Positions 1-12,630 are shown, numbered from the whole stretch's first letter. The stretch is DNA of 63,452 bases, filler included, from Octopus bimaculoides (GCF_001194135.2; 4 parts of 4 records of this genome joined end to end with filler, not necessarily neighbours in it), one strand, 5' to 3'. The notes: generated by a model not told the origin, from the sequence alone. Numbers and translations are program-made.

Positions 1-1412
1 TATATATATATATATACAAATGCATACATCTCTGTGTAAGTGTGTTTATTGTCGATTACTCATCATTTCTCTCTTTCTTTGCCTCTTTTCCGTCTGGTCT
101 AGTCTATCTCCCTATCATCTTTTCACACCTAACCACCATCTATTTCCTATTTTCCACGACCCACGCTCAGCACCCTCCTACTACATCTCCAGCCGAGAGT
201 TTCAGATCACATTGTAACTCTAATTAGATTGATGATAGTTTTAGATAACATAGCTGGTCGGGCGTTGTCAAGCATGGTTCACTACAGCCATTCTCACGTA
301 TATGGCGTCTACGTTCCGTATGACACTAATACTATATCTGACCGAACTACGTATTGCAGCTTTCATATTTCCTTTGACAGTTTCTATGCCGTATATAGTT
401 GTTTTTATTGGTTTCTTTTTCTATTTCGTCTACAAACGGATTCTATGTGTGTGCTAATTACTGAGATATATTAAAATTTTTGTTGGCATTATCGGTAGAG
501 AAGTAAGACAAACATTTTGTGGTATTCAATTATATTACTTTACGTTCTAAGTTATAACTTTGCAGTTAGAACTTTCTTAATTCCCTTTCTTATTTTACTA
601 GTTTATAAATATTTATTAGTCAAGTATTTGAATTACTTTAATTCGATTTTTTCTTTTCGCAAATGCGTGATTTTGTGCCTATGTTAGTAACAATGGTTAT
701 TAGTTGAGGCATTGTGAAATGTAAGTTGCCAACACGCCAAGACAGCAACTGTATTTCGACTGATTTCACTTACATTTCACAAAAATGGGTATTGTTTTGC
801 ATATCGAGTTTTGAACGTCTCCAATTAACAATGTGTCTTTTCAATTCTGTCTATTGATTTTACTCTTTTGACAGTCATTTTCTTCGAATACGGAGAAAAC
901 TCAACAATAATACGGCATAAGCAGAATCATGTATAGGATATGAAAGTAACTCAAACTTTTAAACTGGCCAAACAACATTTTGAAGATAAGAGATGAAATA
1001 CCCTCTTCATTTTTTTTATTAACTCTGCGCCGATCACATTTGAATTACAAACAATTTGGACACATATTGAAATTTGGAACTCAAAATTGAAATCCGATAT
1101 GTGTGTGACTAAAAATGTAAAATGTTATTAGCATGAAGCAGTGTTTTATATCTACATAAAGCGCTTCCCGTTAACATAACAATGCTTCAGAAGCAGTTTC
1201 TTTTTCCAACAGTTAATGCGTACCTTTCTCGTCAATTATCGCTTTCAAATTGAAACACTGATGCGTAATGCGTGCATGTAGGATACATCTGGTAAGGACT
1301 AGAAAATGAAATAGATCTGTTCTAGCGATATTTAGGATATTTTTATCGGTTTCTTTTAATATATAGATAAACCTGTCACCGTAATTAATCCGCAGTTAGC
1401 GAGGCGAAACAC

Positions 1413-1451
<39 letters not shown>

Positions 1452-1829
1452 ATATTTAGATCTCTACCAAATATTTGGTAAAAATATTGTACCTGTTATC
1501 AACGTAGCAAAATTCTCATATGAAAGGTTATCATACAATTTTGTGTGCATANNNNNNNNNNNNNNNNNNNNNNNNNNNNNNNNNNNNNNNNNNNNNNNNN
1601 NNNNNNNNNNNNNNNNNNNNNNNNNNNNNNNNNNNNNNNNNNNNNNNNNNNNNNNNNNNNNNNNNNNNNGTTTCATTAATTCATAGCAGACAGCAAACAA
1701 CAGACAACATTAATAGTTGTCTTTAAATTACATGTGTATAAACAGGTTGTAATGGCATGAAACATATTGAAACTGCATACAATATCGGTTAAGAAAACCG
1801 TTATATAGTAAAGTAAGTAAGTAAGTAGG

Positions 1830-3410
1830 TAGTGTTGTTAACTTAGGATATTAACCTAGGATATTAAGTAGCGACAAGCAATCGACGCTGTAATTTCAAT
1901 AAAAACCGTTTGACTTTTGAAAGTAAATAAAACGAAGAAAGAAAATAATCTGTTATATATTATAATAAAATTATAAATTAATGGTCAAAGAGAGATAAAT
2001 CTAGTAAATAATATTTCTGAATTATATAATCCACTCAAATGTGCATAATCATATCAAATAATTATATTACATTTTAATTTTAGAATAGTAATGAGACTTA
2101 TTTTAAGGTTATATAAACAAGATAAATTAGAAAATATAAATTATAAATAATAATACATAAAATAAATTAGGTTACATTCAGATTGCAACCATCAAAGTTT
2201 TTGAAAAAATATATATTAATTTAGCTTAATAATGGGATTCAAATACAATATTAAAAATAATATCAAAAGAAGGAAGAGATTTAATCGATAAGGTAAAAAG
2301 TAAACAGTTTTTTACGATGCAATCGTTACTATCTCACATATAAATATAAATGAAAAATCAAGTAACTATTATCAAAACTCATGATTGTATGTATAGAAAC
2401 AGATACTATAAGAATAAGCGTAAACCATGTTAAAATAGTATCATTATATGGATTTAACTAACCCCTTCAGGCATGTTATTAAGTAAAATAACCTAGGATA
2501 TTAATCTAAGAAATTTAATGGCTACATGCATACTACGATATTACATCAACTAAATTATTACGATGCAATCGGTATAAACTTACATAGAATTATAACTGAT
2601 AAATCAAGTAACTAGAATCAAAATTCAAGAATGTAATATAGAAAACGTTTCTATGAAATTAAAGGTAATTCATGTTATATTAACATCATTGTATGGATTT
2701 AACTAATCCCCCCAGGTAGGTTACTAAGTAAAATAACCTAGGATATTAAGCTAGCATATAAAGTAGTTACATGTATACGACGCTATTATATCAAATAATT
2801 CATTAGATGCTTGAGAAAAAAGCCAACTAACCTAAAATAAGGGAAAAAAACTTATCTGTAATAGATCACAACAGAAATAAAATTAGCATAAAAAATTCAT
2901 GGTCGAAGAGAGGTAGATCTAGCAAAATAATATATATATTTTCTAGAATCTAAATAATTCACTCAATGTGATTAATCCTATCAAATCATTATATTAATTT
3001 TTAAATTAAAATATTTTTGAGACAATTAAAGGATATGTAATCAAGACAATTAAGAAATTATAAATAATAAAATAAAAATAAATTAGGTTACACTCAAATT
3101 GCAACCATCAAAAATTTAAATATACATTACATTAACTTAGTAGTGAAATTAAATTACAATATAAATAAATGAAGGGATTTAATCGATAAAGCAAGCAGTA
3201 AACAATAATTTCACTGTCATCTATACAAAAATTACATAGAATTATAAGAGAAACTTCAATAATGTAGGAACCAAACTTACCATTGTACATATATGAAAAG
3301 GTTATATGAAATTAAAGCTAAACTAAGTTAATATAATATCCTAGTATGTAGTTAAAGCTAAATCAAGTTAAAATAATATCCTAGTATGTAGTTAACTAAC
3401 CTCTCCAAAG
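1830..3410. repeat. Diverged internal duplications (A-B-B'-A'-B'') in the 3' region downstream of the Penelope-like ORF
   Basis: Shared motifs recur: TTAGGTTACA(T/C)TCA(G/A)ATTGCAACCATCAAA at ~2168 and ~3083; ATGGTC(A/G)AAGAGAG at ~1981 and ~2899; TACGATGCAATCG at ~2313 and ~2559; AAGTAAAATAACCTAGGATATTAA at ~2481 and ~2728; 38-bp tandem at ~3326-3398. Confidence 0.7.
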
Positions 3411-3444
3411 TAGATGTTTTTTAAGCATACAAACGTATGCTTCA

Positions 3445-4268
3445 TCATATGTTTACATATGTAATTTTGTTAACTAGGTCACCCTTAGAGAAAAGTATGA
3501 AATACAATTCTAAATTACAGAGGGAACAAAAATCTTTGCCCTTGTCGTATAGAGACGGTTTAACTATAATTGACCATTCTAAAGAATACCCCTTATTTTG
3601 GTCTTTAAGTTGCCAAATTAATCTACTAAGCCCCGTGCTATTTTGTTTCTTTCTATCTCTAAATATTGAATAATGGTTCAATATTCTTTTCGAAATTTCG
3701 AGCGAAGACGATCCAATATAAACCCTAATTTCATTTTTAGTTAATACGTCACACTGGTATACAGTATTTTTGGTTTTAGCATTTACACTTAGGAATTTAA
3801 TTCTATTAGGATTTAATTCTGATATTACTATTTTGTTGTTATTATTATTCGTATTTTTATATTTGGTGACTTTTAAATTAGCTATAACTGTGTCACCTGG
3901 AAAATTAAGATTATTACCTATATTTATATTATTAGACTCTTCAATAAAGTTAGAGCTTAATAGTTTAAAGTCGTGGGAGGCGATAATTTGTGTTAAATTC
4001 TTGGTATTTGAAAAGCCAAATCTGACCTTATGTGCGTTTATGATTTTGTAGTAATGCGAGTTTTTGGGAAAATTTCTACTAACTACATTCCTGAACAGGG
4101 TAACTAAGTTCGACTTAATTTGTTTACCAAATGGAATAACGAACCATATATTATCCTCATTTTTGGTATTATAAATATTACTACTATTCCCAAATAATTT
4201 TACTCTACCTCTGTTAGGATTGGATTCATATCTAGAGTATTGTGGTTTACCTCTATTCTTTCTTACGA

Positions 4269-4341
<73 letters not shown>

Positions 4342-5645
4342 ATTGCTAATATTTTCACCTGCCTTAGGGGAATCAGAATCTGGTTTAATATAGTATACCT
4401 TTTCTTTATAACCCGCTCTAGATAAGGCAGAGTTATAGAACTTTGCCTCATTTTCGAAAACAAAGGCGTTTGCCGATAGGTTAGATAATCTTAGTGATAT
4501 ATTCTTTACCAAACTATCCGTTATTGATCTAGGGTGATTACTAAACTTACTGATGTACTTCAGGTTACTAGAAGGCTTATGGTATGGTCTATATGTTTTA
4601 TTATGTAAGTCCAATGTTACGTCTAAAAAATTAGCTAATGATAGATCATCTTCAAAAATTATACGCATTCCCATTCGGCGAAAAAATCTGGCTAATGTAT
4701 TCTTAACCTTTTGTACTTGTTGACTAGAGCTATTCCTAAGATATGAGAGACAATCATCTCTATATAGATCCCGCCCTAATATTTGGGAATTGATCTTCCA
4801 TTTCATTAAGGATGAAAGAACATACAATGTCAGCTATCTGTGCCGAATCAGAGCTCCCCATAGGGACATCAAATGTGTCCGGGGTATCTTTGCGAATCCA
4901 AATTTTATTATTGAACTTAATAAATGATTTTCTAGCGGTTAATATCACATTGATCTCATCCCTTGTAAGTCCCGCCTTATTATGTGAAAACCACAATGCT
5001 TTGTTAAGTATGATAGGATTAATAGATGAGTAAAAATTTGCAAAATCAAATTGACTAAATTTCACATTTTCCTTATCCTTAATCAATTTGAACGATTCTA
5101 CAACTTGTGTAGAGTTAAACCATAAATAAAGTTTTAATTTCTTTACTATTGTAGGGATATATTTATCTAATATATTCTTACTAAGTGTCCCTATATCCGA
5201 CTTAGTCGGGCAAATGAATCTTAAGGAAGGATCAGTTCAAAAATTACTCTTGTGATCTTTAAGGATAAATCGCAGTTCCCTAGGTACTAGTGGTTCAGTT
5301 CTGTTCAATAGGTTAAAGCTATTCATTAACTTTTTAGCTTCAAGATTTACTTTTCTGAGTATATTCTTATTTGTTATTTTGTAGTTTTTCTCTTTTTCTT
5401 TTTTAAGAAGGTCAAGATAATGTTGTTTCTGTAGTTTATATATGTTTCCTGTTTTGTCAAATTTAATTAAAATTCCGTTCGTTCTGTTAATTTCCCTGGT
5501 AATCCTGCTTAGGTACTCCAAATGTTGGTTCCTTCTAAGATATTTATTTATTTTAATGTTCTTAACAACTGTCCAAAGTTCATCTTCAAATTTATCCAGC
5601 TTCGGATTATATGGTGGGGTTTTCCTAGATTTAAAAAGCTTAAGT
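3445..5645 (-). mobile_element. Penelope-like retroelement (PLE RT plus C-terminal GIY-YIG endonuclease), 5'-truncated, two frameshifts
   Basis: RT motifs FDFANFYSSI, VPMGSSDSAQIADIV, LYRDD, NFLDVTLDL, ISKFSNHP; endonuclease TVYQC...VYIGSS...KRILNH...GLSRLIWQLK...CSLCNLE. Frameshifts near 5240 and 4767 (one extra T before CTATATAGAGATGAT). In-frame poly-Asn tract at ~4271-4340. Confidence 0.9.
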
Positions 5646-5649
5646 TGTC

Positions 5650-8600
5650 TAGTTTTCCATGCACACTCTTTCATAACTGCAACTGTACATAAAAAACAAG
5701 CTTCACCTTCCTTGGGTAGTCCGGTGAGCGGTACACTCTTAATCACAGACTCAGCCAATAGCTGTACTCTTAGAGGTGTGACAGCACGTGTTGAACGTAA
5801 ATTGTCATCTCCGAAAGCTGGGTGCACTGAACAAGAGCGTGCAGGATAGTTACCTTCTCCTGCCTGCATCTTGGACATTCGGGTGGCACTGAAATCCCGT
5901 GCCTGCACAATTTCTCGTGGACAGGTAACGCATTCCTGAAACACTGCCAAGTCAGGGATCTTTGGTAATTATCCAAATACCCTGCCCTGAAAGTGTTCGG
6001 AAACAAGTTGGATAGCTGGTTCTCATAGATTCCCAGTGTCTCTCCTAGAACGTCGTCACTTTTAGCCTCTACCAACCCTTTGTAAAATGCAGAGGTGGTA
6101 TTCCCGCAGCCGGCCTTGCGCGCCCTGTGGATTAGCGCAAGTGCCTGCTGGCATTCCTTTTGCCATTCAGTCGTTTTTAGTCTTTTAATCAAACCGGGTT
6201 TGAATTCCCCCAGAGAGGCTGGTCGTGGAAAGAATTCCTCGGCGAGCGAATTCCACATCTGACCACCATCCAGGTAAGACCAGAGATGCACATCAACAAC
6301 CACGGCATCCCTAGGCCACCTTTTAACGGTTCCTGGCAGCAGACGGAGCACCTCACAAGCGGCTTTCCCCTCCACAATAAGCGGAAGAGAATCCGAACCA
6401 GCTTGTTTAGCCACAAATCGGGGTAAGGGACTACGGTCAGGCGGTAGGTGATAACNNNNNNNNNNNNNNNNNNNNNNNNNCTCCATCTGGGAGTCCGGAC
6501 CAAACCAAACTCCGAGCAACTTAACAGGACCATCCGTCCAGGACACTGGACGATATCGGCTTGCTGCTCCAGGTGCCGGGCCGCAAACCGACAGTCTTGT
6601 CATGGTTAACTTTTGCCCCTGCCACCGTCTCGTATCTTCTGATTGCCTCCGCTACGCGAGGTAGCTGAGTCATCTTGGATACGGTAATGGTGACGTCATC
6701 CGCATATGCAGAGACACCCTTACCACTTCCGATTTCATTAGTGGTGCATCCCAATTTCTCCAACTTCCGCAGCAATGGCTCAAGAGTCAATACATACAGA
6801 AGTGGAGACAGGGGGCACCCTTGACGGACTGAACGTCAGATCTCAAACGGCTCCGACAGGTAACCGTTCAACTGAACCGTGGATTTGATGCCACTATAAA
6901 TGGCCTTCATCCAACCACAGAATTCCAGACCTAGCCCAGCGCCTCAAAGACCGCCGACAGATATCGATGTTCAACCCTATAGAAAGCTTTACTTTGGTCT
7001 AAATGGACCAGTGCCCCACCTTTACCGGAAACTTTACCCACCCTGTCTAAGGTGTAGCGTAAGAGATGAAGATTGCCCTGGATCGACCTGCCAGGGATGG
7101 CACATGTTTGCGCCTTCCCGACAAGCTTCTCCGCGACAACCGTCAACCTTTTTGCTAGCACCTTGGTCAAAATCTTTAACACATTTAGTAGAGTTATTGG
7201 CCTGAAATTACTAATATGGTCTCCCTTGCTCGGGTCTATTCTCACTAGTGTTACCACTCCCCGACTCACAGAGCTGGGAATTCTCCCATTCTGTTGCCAG
7301 TTCGTGTAAACGCAGGCCAGCAAGTGTCCGAACAAATCCGGCATACTATTGTAAAACTCATAGGGCAGACCATCCAGTCCCGGTGACTTGTCCCGAGCGC
7401 ACTCTGCCAGTACCCCTTCGACCTCCGCAGCTGTGATCGATCCTTCACAACAACTCGCCTCACCTGCCGAGAATCGCGGTCCGTCAGCCAGGAAATCCCT
7501 TAAGGGATCCCCATGGTCCAACGCCTCGTTCGTCCCAAACAACTGTGCGAAATTCTGATGAAAGGCCTTCTGCATCTCCTCCTGTCCTTCGATCCGGCGC
7601 CTCTGTTCGTCAATTAAAGACTGTACTGAAGCTTTTCTGCCTCTCCGACTCTCCACACGACGGGCCCATCTGGCAACGTTAATACTTTCTCTGCCCACCG
7701 TGCGTAACTTAGCCCTGACTCTACTACCTCTGTGTTTGGCGTGGAGGTGACGGAATAATACCGATCTCGCCGCCAACACTCTGGATGCAGAGCCTGATGC
7801 TGTGGCCTCCTCTAACTCCTTAGTTAATTGCCCTTCTAGTCTAGTTCCCTCTATACTTAGCTCTTTGCTAACTCTAAGAGACTCTAAACGTATGGCTGCT
7901 TTGAGGGCGCACCACCATCTGTTATTAACGATGGCTCCGCATAATTCCCTCTGCACTAACTCCTTAACCCGAACACGGAGGACATTACTAGTCAAAATAG
8001 ACTTGTTCATCTTCCAGTACCCGGGTCCCTGTCTATGACACTTAGCTAACTGTATCTCACACGTCACAAATTTGTGATCCGTGTAAGAGGTACAGTGAAA
8101 TTGTAGACAGCTAACTATATCACTATCACTATCTTTTATAATAACCCTATCTAAGTAATACCTTTGTGAACCGTCGTTATTTGACCACGTCCACTGTGGA
8201 ACGAGCGGTTCATCTAGTCTGTAGCGGTCTACTAGTTTATAGCTCGCTAGTAGCCTTTTTAGGCCAGGGCTTTCTCTTCTATTCGTCGAGCCACCACTAT
8301 CCACTCGCACGTTGAGAATAGCGTTGAAGTCTCCTGTTAAAACAAAAGTTTTCCACGACATTAGGAAATTTTCCAAGTCTCGAAAGAAAATCGTTTGTCT
8401 ATCGTCCAGTGGAACATAGACTGCCACCAGCCTGACTGGCTGCTTACTCACATGTGTCACATCCAGAACGATCAGCTTACCTTCTGGGTCAAGAAAGACT
8501 GTACTTACCTGTACGTGCAAGCTTTTTTTGAACAGTACAACAACGCCCCCACTCATTCCTTGACTCGGAGAAATAAATTTCTCGTAGTCGTTCAGAAGAG

Positions 8601-8745
8601 GCGAGAACGACTGTGGGACGTTCAGCTTGGACTCAGTCACAACGCATATATCCAACTCACGCGACCTGAGGTCGTCGAGGAGGCATGTCTGCTTCCATTT
8701 CGACCCCAGGCCACGTACATTCACACACCCTAACTTCACTTCCAT
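5650..8745 (-). pseudogene. Tx1 ORF2 (APE endonuclease, reverse transcriptase, zf-RVT-like tail), frameshifted
   Basis: CVNVRGL, VTESKL, TGDFNA, YYLDRVII, YTDH (APE); KSPGLDGLPYEFY, FRPITLLN, LDQSKAF, SAYADDVT (RT); GGLGMPWL; CPRCRQEKVTILHALVQC. Split across ORFs 6931-8745, 6521-6790, 6189-6533 and 5770-6603. Confidence 0.9.
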
Positions 8746-8757
8746 GATAAAAAGCGT

Positions 8758-10144
8758 TTACTTTACCTTAAAAATAGCAGGAGGGTCTTCACGACTTTCG
8801 TCGTCCCCTCCTCCTGTATCATCCTTGTCCGGCGTAGCCATTGGTGTTAGGATTATTTTCTTCTTAACTATAAATTGACTCACGTCATGTATGTCTTCTT
8901 TGTATAGCTGCTTGAATTGTTCGTAATGTTCTGCCGTAATCCTAGCTAACCGTATGTGTGGCGGTTTGCCTTCAATTGGACCCAACACTGTATAGTTTGT
9001 TTTTGTTATAATCCCGTGTAATGTTTCGTTTTTTGAATTGTATGAAACATTTCTTTCTTGTGGAGGTTTAGGGGCGGGTTTCAATTTGGGAGTTTTTTGT
9101 GTGTTTTGTATTTTGTCTTTTTTTTTGGAAGGGGAGGGGAATCTGGGCCAAGGGTTTTTTCCTTTTGTTTGTTACCACTCTGAACTCCATGTCTTCTTTA
9201 TGTTAATTTTCATTGCTACCTTGCGGCTTTTTATTCTTTTCTTGGTTGTCGTCTTTTTCTGGTTCAGCTTTCTCAGTTATTTTTTTCATCCTGTTGGGGA
9301 GGGACCTCTACTTTTTTTGCGTCGGTTTTCTCACCTTTTCACATTCGGAGCGGACGTGGCCCTTTTCACTACATTTGAAACATCTGGGCCGTCGTCCCTC
9401 CACCGACACTCTTGCACTGAGTCCCTCCCCTATGAAAATTCTGTCTGGTCTGCTTTCGAGCGTTTCTTTGGACGCTTGGACCAAGAGTTCAAGCGTCTGT
9501 CCCTTCCAATTTAGTGCGTTTCTCTTTCTCATGGAGAGGATATTTACCTGCTCTTCCACATCATAAATAAGTGCAGCTACCATCCAAAATACGTCATACC
9601 CGCCCGGAATTTCCTCAGTTGTAATTTTGGCTGTTCTCCGGCCGAGGTATGTGGGTAACAACATTATTTCGTCAGTTTTTAGAGTTACCGTAGATGTCTC
9701 TTTAGCTACATCGGCGTTTTCAAATTGTGCCTCAATAGTAGCATTACGTGGGCCTCTTCCGACATATTTTATTTTTTCCCACACAGGAGCGAGGCACTTT
9801 TCAATAATATCTGTCTTCATAATCATGATGCGCTTTTCCTTTCTATTATATACTTTATATATAACGGTTTTAATTGCCAAATCTTGTAAGATTTCTTTTA
9901 GTGGAATTAGCCTGGTTTCATTCTCGGTATGTTTTATCAGGTTCCTGTATTTGAACAACTGTTCTGGCACAATATCTATTTCTTGAAATTGTCCGCCAAC
10001 AGCGGCAGAAAAACTATTCACTTTTTTAACTTCCTTGGGTACTTGTTGGTTTTCTTGTAGCTGTGGCACATTTTCTTCCTGTAGAATTGGGAAGTCCTCG
10101 TTGCAAAGTAGAAAGTCTAGGCGTAACGCCATTCCATCCTCCAT
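8758..10144 (-). pseudogene. Tx1 ORF1 (gag-like nucleic-acid-binding protein), frameshifted after the zinc knuckle
   Basis: ORF 9308-10144 ends with CFKCSEKGHVRSEC (CX2CX4HX4C). A Lys/Pro-rich continuation in ORF 8758-9084 lies just before the ORF2 start. Confidence 0.75.
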
Positions 10145-10416
10145 ATTGAATAAATTTTCCTTTCACAGGAACACAAAAAAGCGGTTTGTAATTTTTTATC
10201 GCTTTAAAAAGAGAGCAGAAAAAACAATTTTTCGCCCCGCTGGGCGAAAATTAACGCTATACAACGTTTGACAGTTCAAATTAAGCACAAGCAACAATAA
10301 ACATCAACTTGACAGTAACAATAATAATAATATACAGAGATAACGCAATAAATATGGTAAATGCACACCGAAGAACAAAATAATCTAGTTCTGGAAATTG
10401 TTTTGTAAGCGACAGA

Positions 10417-10489
10417 CTACGCTGACGATCTTGCAGATATCTGCGTGTTTGCATACGGAGATATTAACAAGTGAAACATTTGTACGTAG
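10417..10489 (+). ncRNA. Type I hammerhead ribozyme, copy 1 (extended stem II)
   Basis: CTACG-CTGACGA-[T CTTG...CAAG T]-GAAA-CATTTG-TA-CGTAG. Stem I CTACG/CGTAG, with a distal AAGCGA/TCGTTT helix beyond an internal loop. Predicted cleavage after GTA at 10484. Confidence 0.8.
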
Positions 10490-10700
10490 GTAATCGTTTT
10501 TTATTTCATATATTTTCATTTCTCTTGCTCATTTTTCACTTTGGCGCGCTGAGGGCGGAAATAACTCTGCAATTAATAAATTTCAGCAGCTAATTTACCG
10601 GTTAGAGAACATTTTTATTTAAAATTAAATAGGGTAGATATTAATCAATTAAAACCAGTGGCTTAGCATATTTAAAAAATCCGAATATTAAAAATTGTGT

Positions 10701-11178
10701 TACATAAAAAATTAAGAGGACTGACCACTAAAGTGGACACCTAGTATGCTAAACATAGACGTCAAATCGCCATTACCACGAAACTGCTGAAATTTATTAA
10801 CTGCAGAGTTATTTCCGACCTCAGCGTGCCAAAGTGAAGAGATTTGAGAAAATATAATTTGTAGAACTTTATACATGCTCTATTTCGGTTGAGCGTTCTG
10901 TATCTAGTTCTGGAAATTGTGTTTTGTAAGTGACAGACTACGCTGACGATCTTGCAGATGTCTGCATGTTTTCATATATAGATATTAACAAGTGAAACCA
11001 TGGTACGTAGGTAATCGTTTTTATTTCGTATATTCTAATTTCTCTTGCTCATTTTTACATTTTGGCGTTTTGCTGAGATTTTCTTGAGGACACACTCTTT
11101 GTGATAATGGCGATTTTTCGTCTATGTTTAGCATATTAGGTGTCCACTTTAGTGGTCATTCCTCTTAATTTTGTATGT
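10701..11178. repeat. Inverted-repeat element (long IR arms) enclosing HHR copy 2
   Basis: 10712-10782 (TTAAGAGGACTGACCACTAAAGTGGACACC...CGCCATTACCAC) is the reverse complement of 11101-11168 with few mismatches. 10785-10857 is the reverse complement of 10510-10589. Confidence 0.8.
10938..11010 (+). ncRNA. Type I hammerhead ribozyme, copy 2 (extended stem II, palindromic stem III)
   Basis: CTACG-CTGACGA-TCTTG...CAAGT-GAAA-CCATGG-TA-CGTAG. Predicted cleavage after 11005. Lies in a direct repeat of 10384-10560. Confidence 0.85.
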
Positions 11179-11599
11179 ATACATATATATGTACAGATAT
11201 GTATATATTCATATATATACATGTGTATATATATATATATNNNNNNNNNNNNNNNNNNNNNNNNNNNNNNNNNNNNNNNNNNNNNNNNNNNNNNNNNNNN
11301 NNNNNNNNNNNNNNNNNNNNNNNNNNNNNNNNNNNNNNNNNNNNNNNNNNNNNNNNNNNNNNNNNNNNNNNNNNNNNNNNNNNNNNNNNNNNNNNNNNNN
11401 NNNNNNNNNNNNNNNNNNNNNNNNNNNNNNNNNNNNNNNNNNNNNNNNNNNNNNNNNNNNNNNNNNNNNNNNNNNNNNNNNNNNNNNNNNNNNNNNNNNN
11501 NNNNNNNNNNNNNNNNNNNNNNNNNNNNNNNNNNNNNNNNTATATATATACATACATATATGATGATTGCTTCATCTTCAGAGATGATAGTTGTCCCAT

Positions 11600-12480
11600 C
11601 AACACAGATACCACATCCAATCACACGGTACAATCACTCCATTGATGAGCCCTTAGATGACTTTTAAGAACAGCTGCTTCACAGGGTTTAAAACACAAGT
11701 GACAGATATTATTCAAGTTTCTTCTATATCTTTGCCTTTTGGAATCTGATTCTGAAGGAATGTTTTTGAAAACTAGCATCTGTCTTTTAAGTCCAGATAT
11801 TGTCTTACAAGGTTTTTGACATATGACACGAGTCCTAAGAGGTGGTTGGTGTCCAAGATCATTACATATCTGGGCATTACGATTTTCATGTGACTTCATA
11901 TGGTTCAAGTACCCTGGTTTGGCAGCAGAACACGGTTACATATAATACATATCCAGCATCCACTGTTGATTACAGTTCCAATTATCCCTTTGCGACAGGC
12001 CCTTGGCATTACAACCAGTTCTAACAGCACCTCTCCGCTTGTTCGGATGTAGAGCATCATTTTCCCAATCACTGTTGTTCATATCTAGTTTTTCCATGTT
12101 TTTCTTCACACAGCCCTTATACCTTTTCCATGGCTTATGTTGTGGTCGCTTACCAGAGTTGAGCTAACTATAAAAAAGACGCTTTGGCAAACGCTCGTCT
12201 CTCGTTTTTATAACATGTCCAGTCCATCTCATTTGAGCCAAGATAACATGTTGTTCAGTTGAGTTGCAACGTGCCATATGGGAATATGGGAAACCTCTAT
12301 ATCTGGTATGAAACATTCCCACTCGACTCCTAGATACGTCTCAGGCACTTTTGATAAAATCTCTTCAGCATTTTTATGTAACGCTCATAAGTGGCCCATG
12401 TCTCACTTAAATAAAGAAGTGCAAACAATACACACGATTTAAAGACACTGATTTTTGTCTGCAAGGAAATACATCTATCC
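11600..12480 (-). mobile_element. RTE-clade LINE 3' fragment, decayed
   Basis: Minus-strand pieces ILAQMRWTGHV, ERLPKRLFYS*LNSGKRPQHKP*KRYKGCVKKNM, and C2H2-like tails ICQKPCKTISGLKR and ICHLCFKPC...LKSHLRAH. Confidence 0.75.
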
Positions 12481-12501
12481 GCCCATACTCACTTTTCGAG
12501 C

Positions 12502-12549
<48 letters not shown>

Positions 12550-12630
12550 TGGAAGGTTTAATAATCAGGTACTTAGATGTCTGGATGGTTGTACATTTAC
12601 AGATTTTTATTCATAGGTCACATGTTTTAT

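Larger units (their letters stand above)
5645..10260 (-). mobile_element. L1/Tx1-clade non-LTR retrotransposon, near full length, decayed, lacking its extreme 3' end
   Basis: ORF1 with CCHC knuckle followed by ORF2 with APE endonuclease, RT and C-terminal Cys motif. The 5' UTR has a perfect 9-bp hairpin TTTTCGCCC-CGCT-GGGCGAAAA at ~10228-10249. Confidence 0.92.

Noticed and set aside
2596-2652. CTGATAA...GAAAACGTTT hammerhead-like string in the PLE 3' repeats
   Set aside because: Uncompensated G8A, no stem II, and not conserved in sister repeats.
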